A DNA stretch of 64,000 nt from contig NC_069006.1 in assembly GCF_001194135.2 (NCBI RefSeq), forward strand, positions 18,978,538 through 19,042,537, written 5' to 3'. Each line of letters opens with the position of its first letter. The first letter of the stretch is position 1. Position numbers and translations under genes: made by a program. Shown here one piece after another: positions 33,730-46,934 of the stretch. The notes under the pieces are model-generated. The model did not search any database, was not told the DNA's origin, and saw nothing but the letters and a program-made list of their open reading frames with translations. This stretch comes from Octopus bimaculoides. Lineage: Eukaryota.

Positions 33730-34600
33730 GTATACACACACATGCACACACACACATGCTCACACATACATATAGATGCGTGCTTGTGCATGTACACACA
33801 CCGCTATATAAGACATGAAAAAGCTGTACCTTACCTGTCAACTAAGTAGACATTCTCAAAATATTTTCTTAAGAAACAAAACAATGACAAGATGGAAACT
33901 TATATCTTTTTATTTTCATTTATAATTATCTTTTCTCGTTCTTTTTTTCACCTCAAGCTCCACCCATTCCATTCACCCCTCTGTCCCTCCCCTTCTAAGC
34001 ACAGATAGAGGATTGAAGCACAATGGGCGGTGGTTGTGGGGGGAAGAAGTAGTAATAAAACAAAGTGTGATATAAAGAGAAAGTGTGGGTGTTGTTATAA
34101 AGGTGTGAATTTAGAGAAGTGGCATTTGTTGATGTTGTTTAGTACACCCCACCTTTAATTCCTGTTAGACCAGACCTATAAAAGTAAATGTATTCACAAC
34201 CAGCTATGACCTTCCCAAATTCTATTTAAATCTTGTGTATCTGGAAATATTTCATCAGATGTTTTTTTCTTTTCAATTCAAGATAATGCGATGTGATTTG
34301 GATGGTATTTTTGTTAACCTTGAGCAGGCCTACTGCAACACAATGCTGTCCAGTAATCAGACTTCAAGAACTGTATTGCACGAAGATTTTTGTAAATTGC
34401 ATTTTCTAAATCTGAGGGTGTACCATTGAATAGTGAGGAGGTTGTGCCATTCAGTGCATCCCCCACTTCCTTAGTGACTGGCATGGCTCTGAGTGATCCC
34501 ATAAAGACTCCTTTGTTTATTTTAAATCTATACTATAGGCGCAAACATGGCATTGGTGCAGGTGTGGGTTTGTGGTAAGTAGCTTGCTTCCCAACCACAT

Positions 34601-35070
34601 CAGTCCCACTGCATGGAATCAGTCCCACTGCATGGAATCAGTCCCACTGCATGGAATCAGTCCCACTGCATGGAATCAGTCCCACTGCATGGAATCAGTC
34701 CCACTGCATGGAATCAGTCCCACTGCATGGAANNNNNNNNNNNNNNNNNNNNNNNNNNNNNNNNNNNNNNNNNNNNNNNNNNNNNNNNNNNNNNNNNNNN
34801 NNNNNNNNNNNNNNNNNNNNNNNNNNNNNNNNNNNNNNNNNNNNNNNNNNNNNNNNNNNNNNNNNNNNNNNNNNNNNNNNNNNNNNNNNNNNNNNNNNNN
34901 NNNNNNNNNNNNNNNNNNNNNNNNNNNNNNNNNNNNNNNNNNNNNNNNNNNNNNNNNAGTCCCACTGCATGGAATCAGTCCCACTGCATGGAATCAGTCC
35001 CACTGCATGGAATCAGTCCCACTGCATGGAATCAGTCCCACTGCATGGAATCAGTCCCACTGCATGGAAC
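34601..35070 (+). repeat. 19-bp minisatellite (CAGTCCCACTGCATGGAAT)n inside a family-1 SINE head
   Basis: 7 units left of and 6 units right of a 225-N gap; flanked by SINE 5' (34560-34600) and 3' (35075-35470) parts. Confidence 0.92.
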
Positions 35071-35499
35071 CATGTGTAAGGATCTTCCACTATAGCCTCA
35101 GGCTCACCAAAGCCTTGTGAGTGGATTTAGTAGTTGGAAACTGAAAGAAGCCTGTTGTATACATACATACACACACACACATACACACACACACACACAT
35201 ACACACACACACACACACACACAATCACACAAACATGTGTGTGTATAAATATCTATGTGTGTGTGTCTTTGTGTCTGTGTTTGCCCCCAGCCAATGCTTG
35301 GCAACTGATGTTGGTGTGTTTACAGCCCTGTAACTTAGCGGTTTGGCAAAAGAGACCAGTACAATAAGTACCAGGCTTAAAATAAAAATAAGTCTTGGGG
35401 TCAGTCCATTCAATTAAAAGTTCTTCATGGCATTGCCCCAGCCTGGCCATATCCTAATGAACGAAATAAGTAAAACATATGTGAGTGTGTGTGTATGTA

Positions 35500-35535
<36 letters not shown>

Positions 35536-36853
35536 TTTGACTCTGTGTGTGTGTGTGTAAACATGCTTTCTTGAAGAGATCAGCCAAACCATTGTTTTTT
35601 TTTTCCAGCACATACATTCATGAACGCTGAATTAGATCTGTCCAGTTATTTTATCAGTTAATACATACATATATCATTTAAAATTCTGTAATAAAACCAT
35701 CATGAGAATGGCTGATATATGTGTTGCAAAAAAGAAATTTGACATTGGCATTGTGAAGAGATATGTAATCTTACCTTTGTGGGAAAACAATAAACTCTAT
35801 TTGTGCATGTGCATGTGTATGTATACGTGAATATATGCTCTCTTTCTCTCTTCAATTTAGGATAAATTGGTAGTAAAGATGTGAAGGAAAGTATCTTGCT
35901 TTAAGCATCATCCTTTAAATCTTAAGAAAATCATGCAGATTTTTATTGTCCCAAATATTGTGATCATTTGTAGCATATGAATTATGGCTGTATGTATGTA
36001 TGTATGCATGTATGCATGTATGTATGTATGTGTATGTATGTATGTATGTGTGTGTGTATGTATGTATGTATGTGTGTATATATATATATATATATANNNN
36101 NNNNNNNNNNNNNNNNNNNNNNNNNNNNNNNNNNNNNNNNNNNNNNNNNNNNNNNNNNNNNNNNNNNNNNNNNNNNNNNNNNNNNNNNNNNNNNNNNNNN
36201 NNNNNNNNNNNNNNNNNNNNNNNNNNNNNNNNNNNNNNNNNNNNNNNNNNNNNNNNNNNNNNNNNNNNNNNNNNNNNNNNNNNNNNNNNNNNNNNNNNNN
36301 NNNNNNNNNNNNNNNNNNNNNNNNNNNNNNNNNNNNNNNNNNNNNNNNNNNNNNNNNNNNNNNNNNNNNNNNNNNNNNNNNNNNNNNNNNNNNNNNNNNN
36401 NNNNNNNNNNNNNNNNNNNNNNNNNNNNNNNNNNNNNNNNNNNNNNNNNNNNNNNNNNNNNNNNNNNNNNNNNNNNNNNNNNNNNNNNNNNNNNNNNNNN
36501 NNNNNNNNNNNNNNNNNNNNNNNNNNNNNNNNNNNNNNNNNNNNNNNNNNNNNNNNNNNNNNNNNNNNNNNNNNNNNNNNNNNNNNNNNNNNNNNNNNNN
36601 NNNNNNNNNNNNNNNNNNNNNNNNNNNNNNNNNNNNNNNNNNNNNNNNNNNNNNNNNNNNNNNNNNNNNNNNNNNNNNNNNNNNNNNNNNNNNNNNNNNN
36701 NNNNNNNNNNNNNNCAGAGGGACTGAAACTGCAACAATGTGGTTGGGTAGCAAGCCTCTTACCACAAAGCCACACCTTATATATTACCTATGAGTGTGCA
36801 TGCGTACGTGTGCGTGTGTGTGAAGAGATTGAGAAAGAAATAGTAAGATAGAA

Positions 36854-36899
<46 letters not shown>

Positions 36900-37387
36900 G
36901 CACACACAAACACACACACACACACACACAAAGAAACACATCACCTCTCTCCTCCTCCTCTGCCTCTTCATCTAATACTTAATGGTCAGTCAGACACTGA
37001 GAGGCGTCACTGATACATTCACAAGATATGAAAATCAGTTTTATCTATTCATATAATTTTTCAAAGTTAACACAGTCAGGTGTGATTTTGATGGTGGTCA
37101 TGGCCAGAGAGGCTGTATTATTCAGTCTTTAAATATAAATGTGGGTCTTTACCATTGTTTCTTTTATCTCTGTTGGCGAAATGTTCAATGTCATGCAAAG
37201 TATTCTTTTGTGATTACAGGAAATAGATTTGTTATAAAAAAATTAAATGTACCATTCTTTTGAATATATATATATATATCTATATATATATATATATATC
37301 TTTCTCTTTTTATATATGTATACATACACACACACAGACAGACACACACACATACATGTAAACATACATCCATACATACATACATAA

Positions 37388-37418
<31 letters not shown>

Positions 37419-37548
37419 GATATGCAGGGCAGGGAATCGTCAATTAGTAATAAAATTAATAATTAACAATTTTGCCGGGTAGCTCAGTATGAAAAAACCT
37501 TTTCGGTAAAAATCATTTATAATCATAAATATATAGGGATTGACAGTA

Positions 37549-37782
37549 ACCTGCTTCTCCAACATACTGAGAATTCAGAAATAGCAGCCAAAGAACTACT
37601 GATTCCAAAACTACAAATTATTACTCTAAATTGATAGCGATATTTTTGATGCACACAGAACAAAAAACAGTAGAGAAGAGTAAAAAAAATATCGCTATCA
37701 ATTTAGAGTAATAATTTGTAGTTTTGGAATCAGTAGTTCTTTGGCTGCTATTTCTGAATTCTCAGTATGTTGGAGAAGCAGG

Positions 37783-37783
<1 letters not shown>
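37549..37783. repeat. Perfect 99-bp inverted repeat with 37-nt spacer
   Basis: 37549-37647 is the exact reverse complement of 37685-37783 (checked base by base). Confidence 0.95.
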
Positions 37784-37814
<31 letters not shown>

Positions 37815-37923
37815 TATGTATATGTGTGTATACACACACACACACATACACACAGACATATATATATATACAAATTGGTGGACAAACGAAAGAAAAGGAC
37901 TTCAATACATTTAAAAGGAGTTA

Positions 37924-38131
37924 CGTGTATTATTTAAAACAGTTTGATTCAGTTCCAAGTGACTTAAATTTTCATAGGCCTCTAACAGAAGCCTATCTTC
38001 TGGTAACCATTTTGAACCTCTTGTATCTCTCCATTCAGTAATCTAAACCCTGGAATAGATGAACTTCTGTTAGAGGCATGCAAAACTTTAAATTGCATGG
38101 AACCAAATCAAACTATTTTAAATAACACACG
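37924..38131. mobile_element. Foldback MITE-like element, about 80-bp imperfect arms
   Basis: cgtgtattatttaaaacagtttgatt...cctctaacagaag versus cttctgttagagg...aatcaaactattttaaataacacacg. Confidence 0.65.
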
Positions 38132-38999
38132 CACGCATGCACGCACACATGTCATTTATAATCAAGTGGACAATCATAGAAAAATGCATGTTATGTATGA
38201 ATGGATAAGAAAAATCCAAGTTATACATAGCTGAATTAATAATGTATTATCTCATAGCTTAAAGATTTCGACTATGTAATTATCTATTTTTAGAATGACA
38301 TTATAGGGTAGGTGTGAGAGTCCAGAGCTGGCCAGTTTGAACATTAAACAGATAGAATATTTTGGCCAGATGTGGCTGGTTTAAATACTAAAGGATTAAA
38401 TAAAGAAGGGCCACATTTATTGATATTGTTCTGGATATCTCTAAAAAGACAGAATGGTCAAGGGTGGAATGTCTTTGAGGATAAGGCAACTTGATTATGG
38501 TTGATGTGAAGATAAGCAACTTCTGTTATTGATCGCTTTGTAACTTTATACAACAAGCATTCTCTGTTCTCAGGGAAAGGTCGAGACTTGTTACCCTCTT
38601 CACAACCATATAAAACTTATCTTGTTTCATAAATTTTATGAAGTGCTTATATTTCGTGACACAAACCATAACTAATTTCTCGTATGTGTGTGTGTGTGCA
38701 TGCATGTAAGTGCATGTGGGTGTGTGAGTGTGTGTTGTGTATGTGAGTGTTTGTGTGTGAGTGCATGTGTGTGTGAGTATGTGTTGTGTGTGTGTATGTT
38801 TGTGAATGTGTGTGTGATTGTACATGTGAGTGAGTGTGTGTATGCTTGTCTGTGTTTGTGTATATATGTGTATATATATATATATATATTCATGTGAATG
38901 TATGTGTGTGGGTGCATGTGCATGTGTGTGTGAATATGTGTTATGTGTATGTGTGTGTGTGTGAGAGAGAGAGAGAGGTTTTGAGTGTGTGAATGTTTG

Positions 39000-39034
<35 letters not shown>

Positions 39035-40405
39035 AAATCTCTTGAGTGTTATTACAAGTGACGCACATTATATTACAAAGTGAAGAGTACTCAATACTTG
39101 AAGTAGAGTAAAAATTTATTATTGTATTGCTAGTTAAGTTGGCCATATTTACATTACTTCAAATTTCATGGCCTCAAACAATAGTAGATATGTATATGTG
39201 TGAGTGTGTATATCATTGGATTGATCTAGAAGTAGATCAATCCAAACATTGTTTACATTCCCCTAGAAATACACGCATATACACATACATACTTGATGTG
39301 TGTGTGTGTGTGTGTGTGCTTGTGTTTATGTTTGTCCCCACCCACGCCACTTAACAACTGGTGTTGGTTTGTTTACATCCCTGAAATTTAACAATAGAAT
39401 AAGTACTGGACTTTAGAGAAAAAGAAATACTAGAAGCAATGTATTTAGCTAAAAACCTTTCAAGGCAATGCTCCAGCATGGCCTTAATTCAATGACTGAA
39501 GCAAGTAAAAGAAGATAAAAGAAGACCCAGTACATTCAGTAAAGTGGCTGGTGTTATGTCGAGCTTCCAACCATGACAACCAAAAGGAAATATATGAGTG
39601 AGGCCTGGTAGGACGGGCAGTGAATGTCTATTTTGGATTGTCAATACAAGCTGGAAGAAACTATTTTGTTGTTTAACTTGTTAATCTGTCATGCTGGAGC
39701 AGACCTATATTCGTTTATAGACATAGTGTTGGTCTTTATACAGGCATTGTGTATCTAGGACTGCATTGTTCAATGTGTCCTTTCCTGCTGCTGCTGCTGT
39801 TGTTGTTGTTGTTGTTGTTGTTTGGCTCCTGGTTATTCCTGATCCATCAGACCCAAAATGAAATAATGTTCCAATTCTAACAATCTCATCTCTGCTTTTT
39901 TCAGACAGTGTATCTAGGTGTACATTATCCCTCATATCACACCCTCATATCCAGTGGGGCGCGATATGAGGGAGATGTAGCTGTTATTTCAAGCAGGTCA
40001 GTTTACCTGCTAGAAATAAAAGAGGCTCTCAAACAGCATCTTATTTGTTTTTTATGGAGTCACCCTTAATGAGAAGTCTGCTTAAAGTCTGTCTGAAAAG
40101 GTGTTCATGGTAACGAGAAGCCTGTTTTTAATGACTGTTCACGTTAATGAGGTCCCATTTACATGGTGTTCACTTTAATGAGAAGTCTGATTGAAATGAT
40201 GTTCACTTTAATGAGAAGTCTGTTTGCTCTAATTCTATTTTAACCCTTTGGTATTCAAACCAGCCATATCCTGCCCAAATAGTCCACATCTTATATGTTT
40301 GAAATGGCTGGATCCAGCCTCTCACACATTGTTTTTTTAAAAATAAACAATCACATCATTGAAATCTCAGAGCTATGAGATAATGTATGATTAATTCAAA
40401 ACAAT

Positions 40406-40712
40406 AGTGGAGGTACATGGCTTAGTGGTTAGAGCAGTGGACTCACAGCTGAGGGATCATGGGTTTGAGTCACAGACCGGGCTATGTGTTCATTTATGAG
40501 TGAAACACCTAAGCTCCAGGCAGCTCTGCCTGAAGGTAAAGGCAAACTTCTGCTGACTCTTTCACCACAACATTCTCTCACTCTTTCCCCTTGCATCTAG
40601 CAGCTCACCTGTGATGGACTGGCATCCTGTCCAGGTGGAGAACCTATAGGCCAATGAAACCAGGAAACTGTTTCTTATGAACCAGGCATTGCTTGAGAAG
40701 GAACAAACAACA
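40406..40712 (+). mobile_element. SINE (central domain B + tail Y) nested in a piggyBac-like MITE (40245-40775)
   Basis: 13-bp TSD AATTCAAAACAAT at 40393-40405 and 40713-40725; the MITE resumes after it. Confidence 0.85.
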
Positions 40713-41204
40713 AATTCAAAACAATGTAAATAAGCATTGCATTTGACAGAGTAATCTGAATGGTAAAGGGTCAGAGGAGATTTGGCTACTACTTTTAGCT
40801 ATGTTTAGCCAGTTAAATGAATGCGTAGTGGCTTCTTCATATTGACTGGTTTTATGGACTTCTCTTCTTAATTGTTTTATGTTCAATTGAACAGATCCAG
40901 CTTCTCACACTGATCCTACAATGTCATTATAAAAATAAACAAGTTCATCATTGAAATCTTAAAGCTACAAGATAATACATGATGAATTCAAAACAATGTG
41001 AATAAATAAGCATTACATTTGGCAGAGTAATCCGAACGCTAAAGGATCAAATACTGTTGACTGCAACGTGAAGTCTGTTTCATGAAACTCAGGATTAAAG
41101 GCAAGGATAAGTATTACAGGATTTGATTTGAGAATGTCAACGGTTGTAAGTAAATCTGGTTTCAGCAATCCTTTTTTGCATGATCCTTTTGATAGTGAAG
41201 ATAC

Positions 41205-41460
41205 CTAGCTTAGTGGTTAAGATATTTGGTTCATTCTAACCTCTAACAAGACACTTTATTTCACATTGCACCAGTCCACTCAGCTGGCAAAAATGAGTAG
41301 TACCTGTATTTCAAACGGCCGGCCTTGTTACATTCTGTGTCATGCTGAATCTCCCCAAGATTTAGGGTCTGCTTATCTGTGGAGTGCTCAACCACTTGCA
41401 CATTAATTTCATGAGCAGTCTGATTGGACCAACTTAAACCCTCAACATTGTAACTGATGG
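41205..41460 (+). mobile_element. SINE (central domain A + tail X)
   Basis: aacaagacactttatttcacattgcaccagtccactcagctgg followed by the tail shared with 54681-54860. Confidence 0.7.
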
Positions 41461-42424
41461 TCTTTTTTTTTTCTCTCCTTTGATATATAAAAAGTTAGGA
41501 TATTATATACCCCTAATCTAAATTTCAAGGATTTTTGTTGAAGGTAGGGTTATGACCAGTATAGTCCTCACAAAGATTGATCTCATATTCTTTATTACAC
41601 TTGCTTGCTTTCTCTTTAGAATCATACCTCAATCTGATTCATTCTCACTTGAATGACTGGTTTGTCATGAATTTTTATTACAGCTCAAATCATTTATTTG
41701 ACACTGCTACATTGAGTCAGTTCACTCCCTAAAGTCCAACAGTGCAACTACAACTCTGACAATGACTAGCATAACACTTATATAACTATCTGCGTAACAT
41801 ATCTCTGAAGAACAAAACAAAATCCAGAAATACTGTGACAAAAACTGAATATTCAAGTTAGTGGACATTTTCTATTTAAAGACATTTTCTTGTTTTATTT
41901 TTATGGCTTACTCAGAGGACGGAAGTAATGTCTTTTATATTTTGGGAGCTAATACAGTTTTATACCTTACTTAATGGATTTGCTTTGCACATGCTGTCTA
42001 ACAATTTTTTTTTTCAGCAAAGCACTTTCACACCTTATCCATATTCCACTTTGTGCCCATCTACAGTAGTCTATGTGGTTGCATAACCTGCTAGAAATGG
42101 TAACCAAATCTCCTTCAACAAAGGGTAAAAAAATAATCAAATCAATTATTAATTTATTCCCTGTCTATTTCTTTTGTTTTTTCGAACTTTAATTTTCGGT
42201 TCCTATTTGATCATCCAATTTCACAACTTCTGAGATGAGCCAGTCCCTGCCCAACACAAATAGGGTTGACCAAGGGTTTGTAGTACTAGCTTGGATTCAT
42301 ATAAATGTACAACAATCTTAACTATATTTGATTGAATTCTTCTCTATTTGGCTGCCATCTACACCTTTAGTATTTCCTACTTCTTTTATCATTTGTCTTT
42401 TACTTGTTTCATACAAATAGGTTA

Positions 42425-42675
42425 TACAAGGTAAAAGTAAAGTTACCTACTCGAGTCATACTGACTCATAAGAGCCAGTTTCCTAGTTTCATGGCGTATA
42501 TATTCCCCAACTGGACAGGACACCAGTCCCTCACAGGATTATTCATTTTTGCCAGCTGAGTGGACTGGAGTAATGTGAAATGAAGTGTTTTGTTCAAGAA
42601 CACAGCATGTCACATGGTCCAGGAATTGAAACCACTCAATCTTGTGATCATGAGTCCAACAGCCTAAGCCATCCA
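42425..42675 (-). mobile_element. SINE (central domain A + tail Y)
   Basis: Minus strand ...ttcacattactccagtccactcagctggcaaaaatga then cctgtgagggactggtgtcctgtccag...gaaactaggaaactggctcttatgag, the tail shared with 40610-40690. Confidence 0.7.
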
Positions 42676-44006
42676 CAAAATAGGTTATATGGTACTATAA
42701 CAATTATTTAATTTGGCATCCTAATTGTGAAATACCATAATGCAATTAGTTAGACTGCATAAAATGTTACATAACTCCCAACACAACAGGAATCTAAATA
42801 AACTAGTGAGCAGAGACTTGTTCATTAATCAACAGATCATCAACAAGTGAAATTCTTAATCAGAAATACCAACTTTAAGATATTTAAACCGGGTGTGTCC
42901 TCAGGCTGTCCATCTAGAAGGGTGGATAGTAGAATAAGAATGTAAATAAACTGACATTAAAGGTATTAATATCCCAAAGAAGTCATTAATCCTAGCAACC
43001 ACACTAGTAAAAGCCAGTAGTAGCAGAATTTAATCAAATATAACAGATATTCAGTGCAAAGATATGACATTTAACCCTATCAAAAATATTCAAAGGCTTT
43101 TGCTGGTGTTGTTCAAAAACCCTTTATTATACTATATTACTTTAGATTTAGCATTAGTTGCTTGTTTACTTAATTAATCAGGATAAAAGTGTTCTGAAAG
43201 AAAAATACTGAATCAATAGAATATTAACATCAGTTAATGGAGATTCAGCTAATTATAATATAACGAGAATAATTTAGGGTAGAAACAGCTGACTAAATAG
43301 GTTTAGTGCAAATGTTAAGGTGATGGAGGGAAAACAAAGATGGGAAGAAAAGGAAAAAAAAAGTAATGGAAACAATCAGATAAAGTAAGTAGAGAGACAA
43401 AAAATCAGAAAGAACGTGATCCATGCAATAACAAGAAGCTGGTATTTGGCATTTTTAGTTTTATAGTTTTTATGCCTGTACCAAACACATCCATTTTAAA
43501 TTTCTTAAATGTTGATATTTCTGATTATAAGTTTCATTTGCTGATGTTCTGTTGATTAATTGTCAAATCACTCCTCACTTATTTATTTGGTGGCCTGATG
43601 AGTTGGGAGCTCTGTAACATTTTATGCAATCTAACTAATTGTTTTATGCTTATGTCACAATAAAGACTTCTAATGAAACAATTGTAGTAAAAGCAGATAA
43701 CCCACTGGTTTGTTTCCATTATATTCTTATGGCACACTTAAGTTTCGATTCATCATTGGATAACTTTGGATAATTTTGGATAAATCTGGAATTCTGAATC
43801 ACCTAACAACAGTGAACTGTCTTTATTGATGCGTTCTGTGCTAAGATTGGATTACTTATCTGACTGTCTGGCATCATCCTGTGTAATTAATTTGTCGTTT
43901 GCCTCAATTTGATATGCTTTGGCTCTTTATATATCTTTTGTAATCAAAATTAGCTAGCGGTGTGTGCATATGTGTGTGTGTGTATGTATATATGTATATA
44001 CATACA

Positions 44007-44042
<36 letters not shown>

Positions 44043-46060
44043 TGATGGACTCTCCCATCGTTAGATGACATATGAGGGTTCAATAATTTCTTATTGAACA
44101 ACTACACAGATGATTTGTTTATAGTGATCAAATGTTTGTGGACACATAAGCACACTCCCTTCCTCAAATCAACATTACCTGTACAGGTGCACTGGGTGCC
44201 ACATGTCAGATGATGAAAACGATTGCAGTGCAACATGAAATGAAGTGCTTTGCTTAAGAGCACAACACAATGCCTGGTCTGGGAATTGAAACCACGATCT
44301 TGAAATCATGAGTACAATACCTTAACCAGTCACCATTTTTCATTCCATATCAGCTATCTGATGAGCATAGGGTTACATAACCAGATTGTTACCCAACACT
44401 CCATTGAATCCTGAGTGCAAAACTGATTGGTAAGATCTACTATAGATTTGGCTGACGGAAAATGAAAGACAGAAACTGAAAGAAACCTGTAGTTATATAT
44501 ATATATATATATATATATATATNNNNNNNNNNNNNNNNNNNNNNNNNNNNNNNNNNNNNNNNNNNNNNNNNNNNNNNNNNNNNNNNNNNNNNNNNNNNNN
44601 NNNNNNNNNNNNNNNNNNNNNNNNNNNNNNNNNNNNNNNNNNNNNNNNNNNNNNNNNNNNNNNNNNNNNNNNNNNNNNNNNNNNNNNNNNNNNNNNNNNN
44701 NNNNNNNNNNNNNNNNNNNNNNNNNNNNNNNNNNNNNNNNNNNNNNNNNNNNNNNNNNNNNNNNNNNNNNNNNNNNNNNNNNNNNNNNNNNNNNNNNNNN
44801 NNNNNNNNNNNNNNNNNNNNNNNNNNNNNNNNNNNNNNNNNNNNNNNNNNNNNNNNNNNNNNNNNNNNNNNNNNNNNNNNNNNNNNNNNNNNNNNNNNNN
44901 NNNNNNNNNNNNNNNNNNNNNNNNNNNNNNNNNNNNNNNNNNNNNNNNNNNNNNNNNNNNNNNNNNNNNNNNNNNNNNNNNNNNNNNNNNNNNNNNNNNN
45001 NNNNNNNNNNNNNNNNNNNNNNNNNNNNNNNNNNNNNNNNNNNNNNNNNNNNNNNNNNNNNNNNNNNNNNNNNNNNNNNNNNNNNNNNNNNNNNNNNNNN
45101 NNNNNNNNNNNNNNNNNNNNNNNNNNNNNNNNNNNNNNNNNNNNNNNNNNNNNNNNNNNNNNNNNNNNNNNNNNNNNNNNNNNNNNNNNNNNNNNNNNNN
45201 NNNNNNNNNNNNNNNNNNNNNNNNNNNNNNNNNNNNNNNNNNNNNNNNNNNNNNNNNNNNNNNNNNNNNNNNNNNNNNNNNNNNNNNNNNNNNNNNNNNN
45301 NNNNNNNAGTGGGTGCTTTTACGTGTCACCCGCACGAAAACGGCCACGCTCGAAATGGTGTCTTTTATGTGCCACCCGCACAAGCCAGTCCAGGGGCACT
45401 GGCAACGATCTCGCTCGAAAATCCTACAGGAGCCAGTCAGGCGGTACTGGCAACGGCCACGCTCAAAATGGTGCATCTCATGTGCCACCCGCACAAGAAC
45501 CAGTCCAGGGGCACTGGCAACGATCTTACATGTATACATGTATATATATTCTTTGTATTATATATATATATATATATATATATCTGTGTGTGTGTGTAAG
45601 TTTATATCTACATCTATATCAACTTACAGACATAGATGCTTGCATGTATGAATTTATGTATCTCTCTCCAAGTATATACAAAATATAAATATGCATACAT
45701 ATACACACACACATATATACATATTTATGTAGGTATGTATATGTATTTATATATGCACACACGCTTACATTGTATCTATTATGTATATATACACATGCGT
45801 GCATTGTATCTTTTATATAACAGAGTATATCCAGAATGTCGTATATCAAGTTCGTTGTATGTCTAACCAACAGCAACAGCAACGGCAGCAGCTGCTCAAA
45901 ACATTATATATACATGTTCCTAACACCTAATAGTGCTCAAACCATATATATATATATCCATATTTCAGACATTTAAAAGCAACAGCTGTCCAAACCATAC
46001 ATACACTACATATACACGTTCCCTGAATCTAATAGCAGTAACTACCTTAACCACACGCAC

Positions 46061-46114
<54 letters not shown>

Positions 46115-46817
46115 NNNNNNNNNNNNNNNNNNNNNNNNNNNNNNNNNNNNNNNNNNNNNNNNNNNNNNNNNNNNNNNNNNNNNNNNNNNNNNNNNNNNNN
46201 NNNNNNNNNNNNNNNNNNNNNNNNNNNNNNNNNNNNNNNNNNNNNNNNNNNNNNNNNNNNNNNNNNNNNNNNNNNNNNNNNNNNNNNNNNNNNNNNNNNN
46301 NNNNNNNNNNNNNNNNNNNNNNNNNNNNNNNNNNNNNNNNNNNNNNNNNNNNNNNNNNNNNNNNNNNNNNNNNNNNNNNNNNNNNNNNNNNNNNNNNNNN
46401 NNNNNNNNNNNNNNNNNNNNNNNNNNNNNNNNNNNNNNNNNNNNNNNNNNNNNNNNNNNNNNNNNNNNNNNNNNNNNNNNNNNNNNNNNNNNNNNNNNNN
46501 NNNNNNNNNNNNNNNNNNNNNNNNNNNNNNNNNNNNNNNNNNNNNNNNNNNNNNNNNNNNNNNNNNNNNNNNNNNNNNNNNNNNNNNNNNNNNNNNNNNN
46601 NNNNNNNNNNNNNNNNNNNNNNNNNNNNNNNNNNNNNNNNNNNNNNNNNNNNNNNNNNNNNNNNNNNNNNNNNNNNNNNNNNNNNNNNNNNNNNNNNNNN
46701 NNNNNNNNNNNNNNNNNNNNNNNNNNNNNNNNNNNNNNNNNNNNNNNNNNNNNNNNNNNNNNNNNNNNNNNNNNNNNNNNNNNNNNNNNNNNNNNNNNNN
46801 NNNNNNNNNNNNNNNNN

Positions 46818-46852
<35 letters not shown>

Positions 46853-46934
46853 AACATATATGTTTATATATATATTGTAGGTAGAAACTCTAAGATGTAC
46901 CCAGTGTAAGCTATGGACACATAAGAGATGCAGT

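Noticed and set aside
34601-35070. Possible CRISPR-like array
   Set aside because: Units are contiguous with no spacers, derive from a SINE and sit in a eukaryotic genome.
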